This document shows, one piece after another, positions 40,859-49,593 of a DNA stretch of 64,000 bases; position 1 is the stretch's first letter; each line of letters opens with the position of its first letter. The position numbers and the translations under genes were made by a program. The notes below the pieces were generated by a model. The model ran no database searches. It was given only the letters and a program-made list of their open reading frames with translations, and was not told the DNA's origin. The stretch is from a virus (Duplodnaviria; Caudoviricetes), in the IMG/VR virus record IMGVR_UViG_3300050119_000076, positions 537 to 64,536 of that record; one strand, given 5' to 3'.

Positions 40859-41293
40859 GTGATTATGTCCAATCTGCCTCAAGATTCGAAAGCTCGTAAG
40901 GAAGTACCGCTGGTCACTGGTCTGTTGCGGTACTTCCCTGACGCTCTTGCCGAAGTTGCAAAGGTCTCATTCTACGGCAATGAGAAACATAACCCCGGAG
41001 AGCCACTACATTGGGCGCGCGACAAAAGTACCGATCATCTCGACTGCGCTGGACGGCATTTGCTCGACGCTGGCGGCTTCGATGCGCCGGACTTTCCTGG
41101 TGCACCTCCGCAACGTCATACCGCAAAGCTCGCATGGCGCGCGCTTGCTGAACTACAGGTGGAGATCGAGCGAGATCGTGGCTCCGTGCCATATGACACC
41201 GCGCCATATGATCGCGCGCACGAACCGTGGGGACGCCCTGATACGGAAGTCCCCCTCAATGATCTCGCGGATGGCGAGCGCATAGCCGACTGA
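40859..41293 (+). CDS. dATP/dGTP diphosphohydrolase-like (DUF5664-type) protein
   Basis: ALAEVAKVSFYGNEKH...W...RHL...HTAKLAWRAL. Confidence 0.7.
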   Translation: MIMSNLPQDSKARKEVPLVTGLLRYFPDALAEVAKVSFYGNEKHNPGEPLHWARDKSTDHLDCAGRHLLDAGGFDAPDFPGAPPQRHTAKLAWRALAELQVEIERDRGSVPYDTAPYDRAHEPWGRPDTEVPLNDLADGERIAD

Positions 41294-44265
41294 TGGACAC
41301 CTTCGAGTTTCTTCGAACCGTATGGCCGGATGAAGGGCTGTACTGCATCGCTACTCCACAACGATCCAGCGATGGCAAGCAGGAGTGGTGGAAGCATTAC
41401 GTCTTCGAGACGATCGAGGACGCCGCCTCGCACGCGTTGAAGATTAGCGCGCTCATGCAGAACACCTACTTCTGCATGAACACGCTGGCGCAAAAAGAAG
41501 TATGGGACCCGACGAAGAAATCTAAGACGGGCGCGCCCGGCGGCATGCGTATACGGACGAAAGAGAACACGAAAGAATGCCGCGTCTTCTTCGCCGACCT
41601 GGACGTTGGTGAAGAAGATGGAAGGTTCGGCAGTCGCAGCGCCGCGCTGAACGGCCTCACCATTTTTCTTAATCAGACCGGGCTTCCGTGGCCCGGCGTA
41701 TCATCCTCCGGTCGGGGGTTGCATGTATTCTGGCCACTTACGGAGGCGCTCCCATCTGCTGTATGGGAGCAGCATGCAACCAAATTACTTCGGCTCGCGC
41801 AGCACTACGGCTTTCGCCTCGATCCTTCGCGCGTGAAGGATCGTACTAGCGTGCTTCGCGTGCCTGGCACTTGGCATCTGAAGGACCCAACGCACCCACT
41901 TCGAGTGGAGTTGCGGGTGCCTCCGGTGCGCATCCCTACTGCGGAGTTTCTTACTAGCTTAGACGTGGCATTTGCGGCTGCAGGAATTGCGGAGATTGCG
42001 CCAGCCAATCTCCGCATCGAGATCGATATGCCGGCGCACATCGCGGCGCTTGAGCCTAATATAAAACTTACCTATGAAGAAGGTCCACCCCCAACTCTTA
42101 AGACGCTGGGTAAAGTGTGCGCGCAGGTGCGCTGGATGCTACAGCATCCGGCCGAGGTGTCGCAGCCGCAGTGGTATCTCGGACTTCTCAACACGGTGCG
42201 GTTCTGTGAGGACGGCGATAAGCAAGCACGCGCTGTCTCGAAGTACGTTCGTGCCGATCACGGGCACTCGGCCGACGAAGTCGAAGAGAAGTTACAGCAG
42301 CTTAAGGATGGCAACTTCGGACCCGCAACTTGTGGCAAGATGGCTGAGCTGTGCGGCGAGGACCGCTGTAAGGTGTGTCCATTTTACGGTAAGCCCACGT
42401 CTTCCCCCGTCCATTTCGCGCGCACGTACCGGCCGCCGATTATTCATAAGACGCCTGAAGGCGTGGAGGTTGAGGTGCCTCCTGCCCCTCGCCCTTTTTC
42501 ACGTACCAAGGATGGGGTCCTTTTTACTTCGAAGACCCCGAAGGGCGTGCTAGTGGAGAAGGTGATCTATCCATATGACCTGTATCCATTTCAGATTTTG
42601 GACAACGCGGATAAGCGCACCAAATCATTTATGTGGCATGCGACTTTGCCACTACGCGAGCCGATTAACTTTGAAATAGCGGGGCCGGCTACAGGCGATT
42701 TGCGGATGCTGCATGAGGTGTTCGTTAACGCCGGCGTGAATGTCGATCCTGATAACCTGCCACACATGAGGAAATACGTGATCGCTTATATCCGCGAGCT
42801 TCAGAAACGAACGCTCGATCAGCAGCAGCATTCGCATCTCGGATGGACTGCTCGCTACAAATCATTCGTGCTCCCTGATGGCGTCATTAGCTTCAGCGAT
42901 GGGTGCGTGCAGACCAAGCGTGCGCTTCTTAGTCCAGGCGCGCAGAACGCATCAGACACCGTCTGTAGTGATGGCACGTTGGAGAAGCAGGTCGAGCTGC
43001 TACGGTTCTACAATCAACCGCAGTACACACATCTACAGTTTGCAGTCGTCGCTGGCCTCGCCGCGCCAATCTTTTATATGACTGGGCACAAAGGCGCGCT
43101 AGTCAATATGAGTGGCGAGTCAGGCGCCTCCAAGTCCACGGCTCTGTACAGCGCCGCCAGCTTTTGGGGAGACCCCGATCGGTACACGATTAACGGAACG
43201 AACAAAGGGTTCACCACGCTCGCGCGGCATACGCGCATGGCGGTACTCTCTAATCTGCCTGTCTGCGTGGACGAGATCACGGGGATGGATCATGCCGAAG
43301 CGCGTGACATGGCGCTCAGTGTTTCGCAGTTCACTGGCCGCGTGGGGTGCGCAACCTCGGGCGACGAGAAAAAGAGCGCCCTTACGCTTAAGTCCACTGT
43401 CATGATAACGACAGCGAACAACAGCTTGCATGAGGGGCTGTCGCTCAAGAGTGCCGCCGGCACGGCCAGCTCGATGCGTGTCTTCGAGATCACTTGCCCG
43501 AAGCAGCCCAAGAAAGATAAGGAGGCGTCCGATGACTATCTGCGCGAGCTACGCCACAACTACGGTCACGTTGGCCCTGTATTCATGGAGTACATCCTGG
43601 CTAACCACGATAGTGTTGGAAAGCGCGTTATCGACAAGATGCGCAAGCTGGACATCCTTGGTTCCGTCGAGCCCGCCGAACGCTTCTGGAGCGCCCTCGC
43701 CGCCTCCGTTCTGGTAGCCGCGGAGATCGCTGAAGAGATAGGGCTTCTTGCGTTCAGTCCGCTGGTTCTGCAGGACTGGATTATGAATGAGCAGCTTCCC
43801 ATGATGCGCGGCGCCGTGAAGTCTAACTACTCGAACGCGCTGGACGTGCTTATGGAGTACATCGAGCATGTCGCTGGTGACACACTAGTTGTGCGTCCAC
43901 GCGAGGGTAGCATCCCAACCATCGATAAAGGTGTGCGCGCCGGGCTGCTGGCGCGCTACGAGTTGGGGCCGGGGAGCGAGAAGGTTCTCTTTGTAAGAGA
44001 GGACTCGTTCAAGAATTACTGTCTACGCGGCGGAGCAGTGTACCACGCGTTAGTGATCGAGTTGATAAAGTCGAAGGTCGCCACGCAGCGGCGTGTGATC
44101 TTAGGCGCGGGTTGCTCCGACTACTCGAAGGGGCAAACGCGCGTGCTTGCCATTGATATGACACACCCACTCGTTACGGGTCAGCCGAAGTTCACAGTGA
44201 TTGAAGGTGGTCTGCGGGTTAAGGTATCCGAGGACCAGGAAGAGGCGCAGGAGAGTAAGTCATGA
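41293..44265 (+). CDS. Primase-helicase (RepB-like primase plus DUF927/ATPase)
   Basis: ADLD, SGRGLHVFW, VLRVPGT; Zn-like C..C; HLGW; GESGASKST; CVDEIT; NYGHVG. Confidence 0.85.
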   Translation: MDTFEFLRTVWPDEGLYCIATPQRSSDGKQEWWKHYVFETIEDAASHALKISALMQNTYFCMNTLAQKEVWDPTKKSKTGAPGGMRIRTKENTKECRVFFADLDVGEEDGRFGSRSAALNGLTIFLNQTGLPWPGVSSSGRGLHVFWPLTEALPSAVWEQHATKLLRLAQHYGFRLDPSRVKDRTSVLRVPGTWHLKDPTHPLRVELRVPPVRIPTAEFLTSLDVAFAAAGIAEIAPANLRIEIDMPAHIAALEPNIKLTYEEGPPPTLKTLGKVCAQVRWMLQHPAEVSQPQWYLGLLNTVRFCEDGDKQARAVSKYVRADHGHSADEVEEKLQQLKDGNFGPATCGKMAELCGEDRCKVCPFYGKPTSSPVHFARTYRPPIIHKTPEGVEVEVPPAPRPFSRTKDGVLFTSKTPKGVLVEKVIYPYDLYPFQILDNADKRTKSFMWHATLPLREPINFEIAGPATGDLRMLHEVFVNAGVNVDPDNLPHMRKYVIAYIRELQKRTLDQQQHSHLGWTARYKSFVLPDGVISFSDGCVQTKRALLSPGAQNASDTVCSDGTLEKQVELLRFYNQPQYTHLQFAVVAGLAAPIFYMTGHKGALVNMSGESGASKSTALYSAASFWGDPDRYTINGTNKGFTTLARHTRMAVLSNLPVCVDEITGMDHAEARDMALSVSQFTGRVGCATSGDEKKSALTLKSTVMITTANNSLHEGLSLKSAAGTASSMRVFEITCPKQPKKDKEASDDYLRELRHNYGHVGPVFMEYILANHDSVGKRVIDKMRKLDILGSVEPAERFWSALAASVLVAAEIAEEIGLLAFSPLVLQDWIMNEQLPMMRGAVKSNYSNALDVLMEYIEHVAGDTLVVRPREGSIPTIDKGVRAGLLARYELGPGSEKVLFVREDSFKNYCLRGGAVYHALVIELIKSKVATQRRVILGAGCSDYSKGQTRVLAIDMTHPLVTGQPKFTVIEGGLRVKVSEDQEEAQESKS

Positions 44266-44846
44266 TACCTACAGGCCCCGTTGAAGGTTCAGTAATGCAG
44301 TTTAAGAGCGGTCGGTATTTCGACATCCTTAAACCGTGGGATGAGCCTGACATCTTAGTTGACGACCTCGCACACTCACTCTCTAATCTGTGCAGATACA
44401 CTGGCCACTCGGCGAGAAATTATACCGTCGCCGAGCATTCCGTGTGGTGCAGTTATCTTGTGCCGGAGGAAGAGGCCTTTGACGCACTGATGCACGATAC
44501 TGCCGAGATGATAACAGGCGACATCGCGAGCCCGTTCAAGTTTTGCCTTGGTGATACCTATAAAAAATTAGAGAAGCCGATCAATGAACGGTTGGCTCTG
44601 CAGTTCGATTTGCATTATCCGTGGTCGCAAGCAGTGCGGGACGCCGATCTTGCGATGCTCGCGGCGGAGCGTAGGCAACTCATGATGCCGATAGGTGAGT
44701 GGAAATGTTTGACCGGCGTGGTACCGGCTCCGATCGCAGTGGAGTGTTGGGAGCCGTGGCACGCTAAGGAAAAGTTCCTAAGCCGCCTGCGTGCGTTGGC
44801 CTATAGGCGCGGGCTGCATATTCCGCTTTTAGTGCGGAATATATAA
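44262..44846 (+). CDS. HD-domain 5'-deoxynucleotidase (YfbR-like)
   Basis: LAHSLSNLCRYTGH...YTVAEHS...LMHDTAE..TGDI...ADL. Confidence 0.85.
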   Translation: MIPTGPVEGSVMQFKSGRYFDILKPWDEPDILVDDLAHSLSNLCRYTGHSARNYTVAEHSVWCSYLVPEEEAFDALMHDTAEMITGDIASPFKFCLGDTYKKLEKPINERLALQFDLHYPWSQAVRDADLAMLAAERRQLMMPIGEWKCLTGVVPAPIAVECWEPWHAKEKFLSRLRALAYRRGLHIPLLVRNI

Positions 44847-44852
44847 CATGAG

Positions 44853-44929
44853 TGGTCGCGCAGGACAGATTCGAACTGTCGATTTCCTGGGTATGAGCCA
44901 GGCGAGATAGACCGCTTCTCTACCGCGCA
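44853..44929 (-). tRNA. tRNA-Met(CAU), initiator-like, CCA encoded
   Basis: TGCGCGG-TA-GAGAAGCGGTCTATCTC-G-CCTGG-CTCATAC-CCAGG-AAATC-GACAG-TTCGAAT-CTGTC-CTGCGCG-ACCA. Confidence 0.9.
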
Positions 44930-44933
44930 ATAA

Positions 44934-45260
44934 GTGGTGGAGCTTCTGTTGCTAGGTGCTCCACCGAACCCCGACTCGATTACGCGGCTAAGCGCATCTC
45001 GTCATATGCGACATTATCGTTCGCATTTCCATGTTGGTCATTCACGGGAACCACCCCGAGCACACTGTACACCTTACACGCCCGATCGAACCTGTTTCGC
45101 CCCCATCAAATACGCGATCACGTATAAAATGACCTTATACGTTCTCGCGTATATGGTGGAGGCGGCCGGTACTGCCCCGGCGTCTCGAACGCTTACGCTG
45201 CACGATTCAGCGCCATCTTCCGTTGCCAACAACGAAACTCTCGGTCAGGATAAGCCGCCT
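44934..45260 (-). ncRNA. ssrA: Circularly permuted two-piece tmRNA: acceptor piece ends 45154, spacer 45105-45153, coding piece 45104-~44934
   Basis: ...GCCGGGGCAGTACCGGCCGCCTCCACCA; GGGGGCGAAACAGGTTCGA; G3-U70 pair; tag ANDNVAYDEMRLAA* at 45024-44980. The upstream boundary (45260) is approximate. Confidence 0.92.
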
Positions 45261-45299
45261 GACCTTATGAATGGGGCGCGCGGCCTCGCGCCGGTGACT

Positions 45300-45482
45300 T
45301 TAGTAGGTACCGCCCGGACCCAACAAGAGCCGGATGAGAATAATCCCCAAGATCACCAGAAGTAGCCACGCAACACCGCCGCCAACCGGGCCGCCGGGGA
45401 TGCGATCACGGCCGACCCATAGGCCGCCGCTGCACACGATAATCCAAAGCACAGTAACAAGTAAAATGATTGACGGTTGCAT
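45300..45482 (-). CDS. Small 2-TM membrane protein (DUF3309-like)
   Basis: TM-GGPVGGG-TM, resembling 20184-20327. Confidence 0.5.
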   Translation of the reverse strand: MQPSIILLVTVLWIIVCSGGLWVGRDRIPGGPVGGGVAWLLLVILGIILIRLLLGPGGTY

Positions 45483-45486
45483 GATC

Positions 45487-45759
45487 TTAACCCTTCTCTT
45501 TGTCCGCGTCTCGAAGGGCGAGCACCTTAGCGCGCTCCTCAGATATTACTTCTTTTCCACCTGCGATCGTTATCAACTCGCCACGCCGGGGGAGCGGGAG
45601 CGTAGCGCGTACCAACTTAGCTAAAGAAAGAGCTTCCTTCTTGAAGGAAGGAGTCTTAAGCAAGTCCGCATCCACGAGCAAGTCACGGATAGCATCCGTG
45701 CGCCGCGCGATGACATCTTCCTGATACCCCGGCTCGTAGGCGTCAACGTCGTCGCTCAT
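45487..45759 (-). CDS. Hypothetical protein
   Basis: MSDDVDAYEPGYQED...; GAGGG RBS. Confidence 0.5.
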   Translation of the reverse strand: MSDDVDAYEPGYQEDVIARRTDAIRDLLVDADLLKTPSFKKEALSLAKLVRATLPLPRRGELITIAGGKEVISEERAKVLALRDADKEKG

Positions 45760-45796
45760 GGCGCAGCCCTCGGCTAATGGTGAAACCGCTTGCAGA

Positions 45797-47182
45797 TTAC
45801 GCCTCCGGGGAGGCGCTATCAAGTGACAAATCGAAGGGCACGGCCGAGATGTTCCGTAGGCGTTCCCCTAGATTCTTGTCGTAAGTGACTGCAGTCATTG
45901 ATCTTCCTGCCCCACCGAAGCCCTTAGCGGCATGCCATGAGTCGGCTGGTGCAAGTGTCTGGAATGTCTCGCAAACAACGCCTCCGACCTCTTTACAGAA
46001 TTTTTCTGTGTGGTGGACGTGACCCCCTACCGCGTAGCGGAACCGGGTGCGGCCCCACATTGCCGGCTGGTGGGCGGCCATGATGCCTGGCATGTCCTTG
46101 ATCTTCGCCATGTCGTTGTGCGTGCCAGCGAGCATCGTCAGACCGTGCTCTAAGTAGAAATAGCGAGACGAGCTGCAATGCACGATAACGCGAGGGTTGT
46201 TATGAAAGAACGCCCACATGGAAAGCTCCAGCGTGGGGGTCGACTCCGGGTCATGGTTGCCGGGCAGGCAACGTACCTCGACGGTCTCATGCTTAGTCAG
46301 CGCCAACTCGATGCATTGGACTAGCAGCATCACGCCGGCCTTATAAACTTTGGCGCGACGACTATCGACATCGAGCGCGTGGCCACTTGCGGGCGTCTGG
46401 TTGTTCGAGCTATCGGCATGGAAGAAGTCTCCGAGCGAGACAACAATCGCGCGCTTTGAGTTTGGTGTGGCACGTACCAGATCGACCATTGCGTTCTGCA
46501 GGAGCTTGGTGCTGATCTTCAAGTCGTAATCGAAGCCTGTCTCTTCACGCCAGCTAAACATGCCGAGATGGTGATCCGCGATGTAGTACGCGGTCAGGTA
46601 ATCATCGATCGTTTCTTCTGGCGCCGGGCCAAGCTCCGATCGGCCAGTGTACTCTTCGAATGCAGCCTTGACCGCCTCGATCGCGAGCACACGCTGCTCA
46701 GCTCCGGGCTTAGACTGTACCCACTTGCCGACAACTTTGTCATCGCGCACATACGCAGAGATTTTTGAAATCTCGTGATCTGGCGGTAGCTCGTAAATCT
46801 CGGTGTGTTCGGGCTTCTGCTGAATATACTCTTTGAGAAGGTTGCCATCGGGGTCGCGCGCCGTAGTGACTTGCGTCGTTTCGAAGCCTGGCAGGATGGG
46901 CTCGAATCCTAGTTTGCCCTTCTTCGCAGCGTAGGGGGGGTAGAGATCCCAATCAGGGCAGAAGTGCTGATTACCTTTTGCGCGGCGTCGCTCTTGTAGA
47001 GATACCCATTCGCAAATGGTTGACTTAGCGGTATTAGTGATGGCACCAGTGGACTTAAGGTGCTCGTAGGTCGCAGCAACGGCGCTGCCCTTACCATCCA
47101 TGCCGCGGTACATCTTGTACGGGGCATAGCCTTCCGATAGGAACCGTTCGATGGTCCCTTTGAAAAGTTCGTCACGGGTCAT
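45797..47182 (-). CDS. Calcineurin-like metallophosphoesterase
   Basis: ADHHLG, GDFFH, GNHD, THND, GHVHH. Confidence 0.8.
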   Translation of the reverse strand: MTRDELFKGTIERFLSEGYAPYKMYRGMDGKGSAVAATYEHLKSTGAITNTAKSTICEWVSLQERRRAKGNQHFCPDWDLYPPYAAKKGKLGFEPILPGFETTQVTTARDPDGNLLKEYIQQKPEHTEIYELPPDHEISKISAYVRDDKVVGKWVQSKPGAEQRVLAIEAVKAAFEEYTGRSELGPAPEETIDDYLTAYYIADHHLGMFSWREETGFDYDLKISTKLLQNAMVDLVRATPNSKRAIVVSLGDFFHADSSNNQTPASGHALDVDSRRAKVYKAGVMLLVQCIELALTKHETVEVRCLPGNHDPESTPTLELSMWAFFHNNPRVIVHCSSSRYFYLEHGLTMLAGTHNDMAKIKDMPGIMAAHQPAMWGRTRFRYAVGGHVHHTEKFCKEVGGVVCETFQTLAPADSWHAAKGFGGAGRSMTAVTYDKNLGERLRNISAVPFDLSLDSASPEA

Positions 47183-47189
47183 GAGTTCC

Positions 47190-49400
47190 TCAAAGCATTG
47201 GTTGCTGTGGCATTGAAGCCATAGGCATGCTTGGCATTGCCGGCATTGTCAAGCCGGGAGGCGACGCCATAGGAACGGCCGGCATGGATTTCGTTGACTT
47301 GCCAGCCTTCGCAGATTTCACCTTCGTGGTGCCCTTGGCGTAACCTGAGGGCTTCTTGTCCGGCATACCGCCTGCCGTACCGGCTCCCTTGACAGTGGCC
47401 TTAGCAAGCTGTGGCGTGGCCATTGCGGCCGCGCCAGCCCGAGCACCCTCATTGGTAGTGCTGCCCATTGAATACACTTCATCGACACCATCCGCGAAAC
47501 CTTGTGGCGCTGTCACACGAATGCTTGGGTCTCCGCCAGTGTTGATGCTGAAGCCCCCAGGAGCCCGCACACCGGCAAGGTACGCCGCAGTGTTAGCATC
47601 AGGGGCGCCCGAGCCAAGGCCGCTACCGACCGGCTGAAAGCTTGCTTCTTGTGCCGCGCGCATCGCGCCTAGCGAGGGTGCTATTGACATCCCCATACCG
47701 GGTGAAAAGCCGGCTGATGCGAATGGAGGCGGAACAGCAGCCGGAGCAATCGGCGCTACGCGCCCAAGCCCATCAGTCGGTTGCGCCTGGAGCAATCCGC
47801 CCGGTCCGGCCTGCGCTGCACGAGGGGCCTGAGGGGATGCAAGCTGATTTAGATAGCTGCCGAGGTTGTCATAGCGTGGCATGCCCCGACTATCTCGGCC
47901 TTTGTATGGTGTGTTGGTGCTGTACACATCCTCGCCAATGTTCGCGTCGCCGTCAGCAAAGCCAGGAACGCCGCCACGAATAACCTGTGGCAGCGGTGCT
48001 CTTGCGGCGGGCGCAGGACCATAGCCGCCGTCAGATGCGATCGGGTCTTCAGCACGCGTCTCAGAGACCAAAGGAATCGTCGTATAGCCCTGCGTGAACG
48101 GGTTCTTTCCATCCAGGAGGCCGCCACCTAGTCCGATCGGGCCACCGTTCGCTTCCATCTTGCCGACAACATCTGGAGTACCGTCAGCGTAGAAACGCGC
48201 GAAAGGCACCATGCCGCCGAGAGCCAACTGCATAACGGGTGTGTCGCCGCCTGTCGGCGTTTGTGGCGCGCGACTCTTGGATATTTTCGTGGCGCCCGTC
48301 GCGTGGCCTGGAGGGGTTTTCTCTTTCTTCGAAAGCTCTTTGGGATTGGTACGCGGAAGATTCTGTGATGCGAAGTCAGCGCCTGTCAGGGGTGCGCGGC
48401 CAGCGTCCGTGCCGCCACCATCGCGCATCGTCGGAGCGGCCTTCTTCGGAGCAGCCTGTACTTTCTTTCGACTAGCCGCCTGCGCCGCGGGCTGACCGCC
48501 CGTGCCTCCGGCGTTCGTCGCGGCCATACGCATGAGGCCGATCTTGTTGAGATGCTCGATGATGCCGCGGCCAACGTGCTCCGCTGCGCCCTTGTTGAGC
48601 ACTGCTTCACCCGGCGATAGCATGGCTGGCACAATATCAGTCGGACCGGCCTTTGATCCCTTAGCCGGTAGCCCCTTGCCGGAAGCCTTCTGAGAAGGCT
48701 TCTGAGTGTCTGCGGTGCCCTTGGCCCACTGTGCGATCCCCGTGTAACCGGCGCCAGTCGATTCGGGTGTCTGTGGCTGTGGCGTATAAACGCTAGAATT
48801 AGGGTCCGGCGCGGGTGTGCCTCCTTCCTGAGCTATATGGCCGAGGGCTTGTCCGTTCTGAATTTGATCGTCGGTCAGTCCGTACATACGTGCTTGTGCG
48901 ACTGTCAACATAGTTTTGCCACTTGCAGCCTCGCCTTGTTTCTGACGCAGAGACTCCAAAGATGGCATCGCGCCTATCTGCGCTGCGCGTAGACCTACGA
49001 GAGACGGCGCAACTTCAGCCTGAGCCTGCGAAAGCGCGCCAGTACCCATCTGTGCAATCGCCTCGGCTGGGATACCAATTCGTGCCTGTGCCTCACGAAG
49101 CATAGCTTCGGAGGGGGTTGCGAATGCTTGCTGTGTCGTAAGGCCAGCCTGTGCATTGCGCATGGCGATATCGGCTGCGGACACGGGACCTAGGGTCTTG
49201 CCTTGTTCGCGGGTTGTGAAGGCCGATGCACGCTCGGCTGCTTGCTGAGCCTCCGCGGTCGGTCCGAACTGCGCGGCCTGCTCGCCAGTCAGGGCGGCCT
49301 GCGCTCTCACGACTTGAGCTTGCGCCAAATTCGCGGGAATGCGCGATGCCGCTTCAGCACCTAGCTGTTTCTGATAGGTAGAGAGATCGCCCATCGCCAT
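47190..49400 (-). CDS. Putative internal virion/DNA-ejection protein
   Basis: A/Q/G-rich; TDIVPAMLSPGEAVLN motif; repeated aromatic-A-x-G motifs. Confidence 0.55.
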   Translation of the reverse strand: MAMGDLSTYQKQLGAEAASRIPANLAQAQVVRAQAALTGEQAAQFGPTAEAQQAAERASAFTTREQGKTLGPVSAADIAMRNAQAGLTTQQAFATPSEAMLREAQARIGIPAEAIAQMGTGALSQAQAEVAPSLVGLRAAQIGAMPSLESLRQKQGEAASGKTMLTVAQARMYGLTDDQIQNGQALGHIAQEGGTPAPDPNSSVYTPQPQTPESTGAGYTGIAQWAKGTADTQKPSQKASGKGLPAKGSKAGPTDIVPAMLSPGEAVLNKGAAEHVGRGIIEHLNKIGLMRMAATNAGGTGGQPAAQAASRKKVQAAPKKAAPTMRDGGGTDAGRAPLTGADFASQNLPRTNPKELSKKEKTPPGHATGATKISKSRAPQTPTGGDTPVMQLALGGMVPFARFYADGTPDVVGKMEANGGPIGLGGGLLDGKNPFTQGYTTIPLVSETRAEDPIASDGGYGPAPAARAPLPQVIRGGVPGFADGDANIGEDVYSTNTPYKGRDSRGMPRYDNLGSYLNQLASPQAPRAAQAGPGGLLQAQPTDGLGRVAPIAPAAVPPPFASAGFSPGMGMSIAPSLGAMRAAQEASFQPVGSGLGSGAPDANTAAYLAGVRAPGGFSINTGGDPSIRVTAPQGFADGVDEVYSMGSTTNEGARAGAAAMATPQLAKATVKGAGTAGGMPDKKPSGYAKGTTKVKSAKAGKSTKSMPAVPMASPPGLTMPAMPSMPMASMPQQPML

Positions 49401-49593
49401 GATAGTTACCCGCTGTTCTCTTCGCCCGTGGGCTTACCTGCCTGTGGCAATACAATCGGCGACCACCAATCATCCTGGTGTGGCGCCCACTTATACCCAT
49501 ACACCACTCGAAGCTCTGGCGCTAGTTCCACGCGGAATGTCTTCTCAGGATCAGGATAGCCACCACTGGCCTCGTCTAGGGGGAGATACATGC

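Noticed and set aside
40859-44846. Definite Z-genome (2-aminoadenine) system
   Set aside because: No PurZ/adenylosuccinate-synthetase homologue in the window
45154-45185. tmRNA 3' end as attP or prophage boundary
   Set aside because: The whole tmRNA is present, phage genes lie on both sides, and no integrase or duplicate att core was seen
44934-45365. 143-aa + strand ORF
   Set aside because: Antisense shadow of the tmRNA gene
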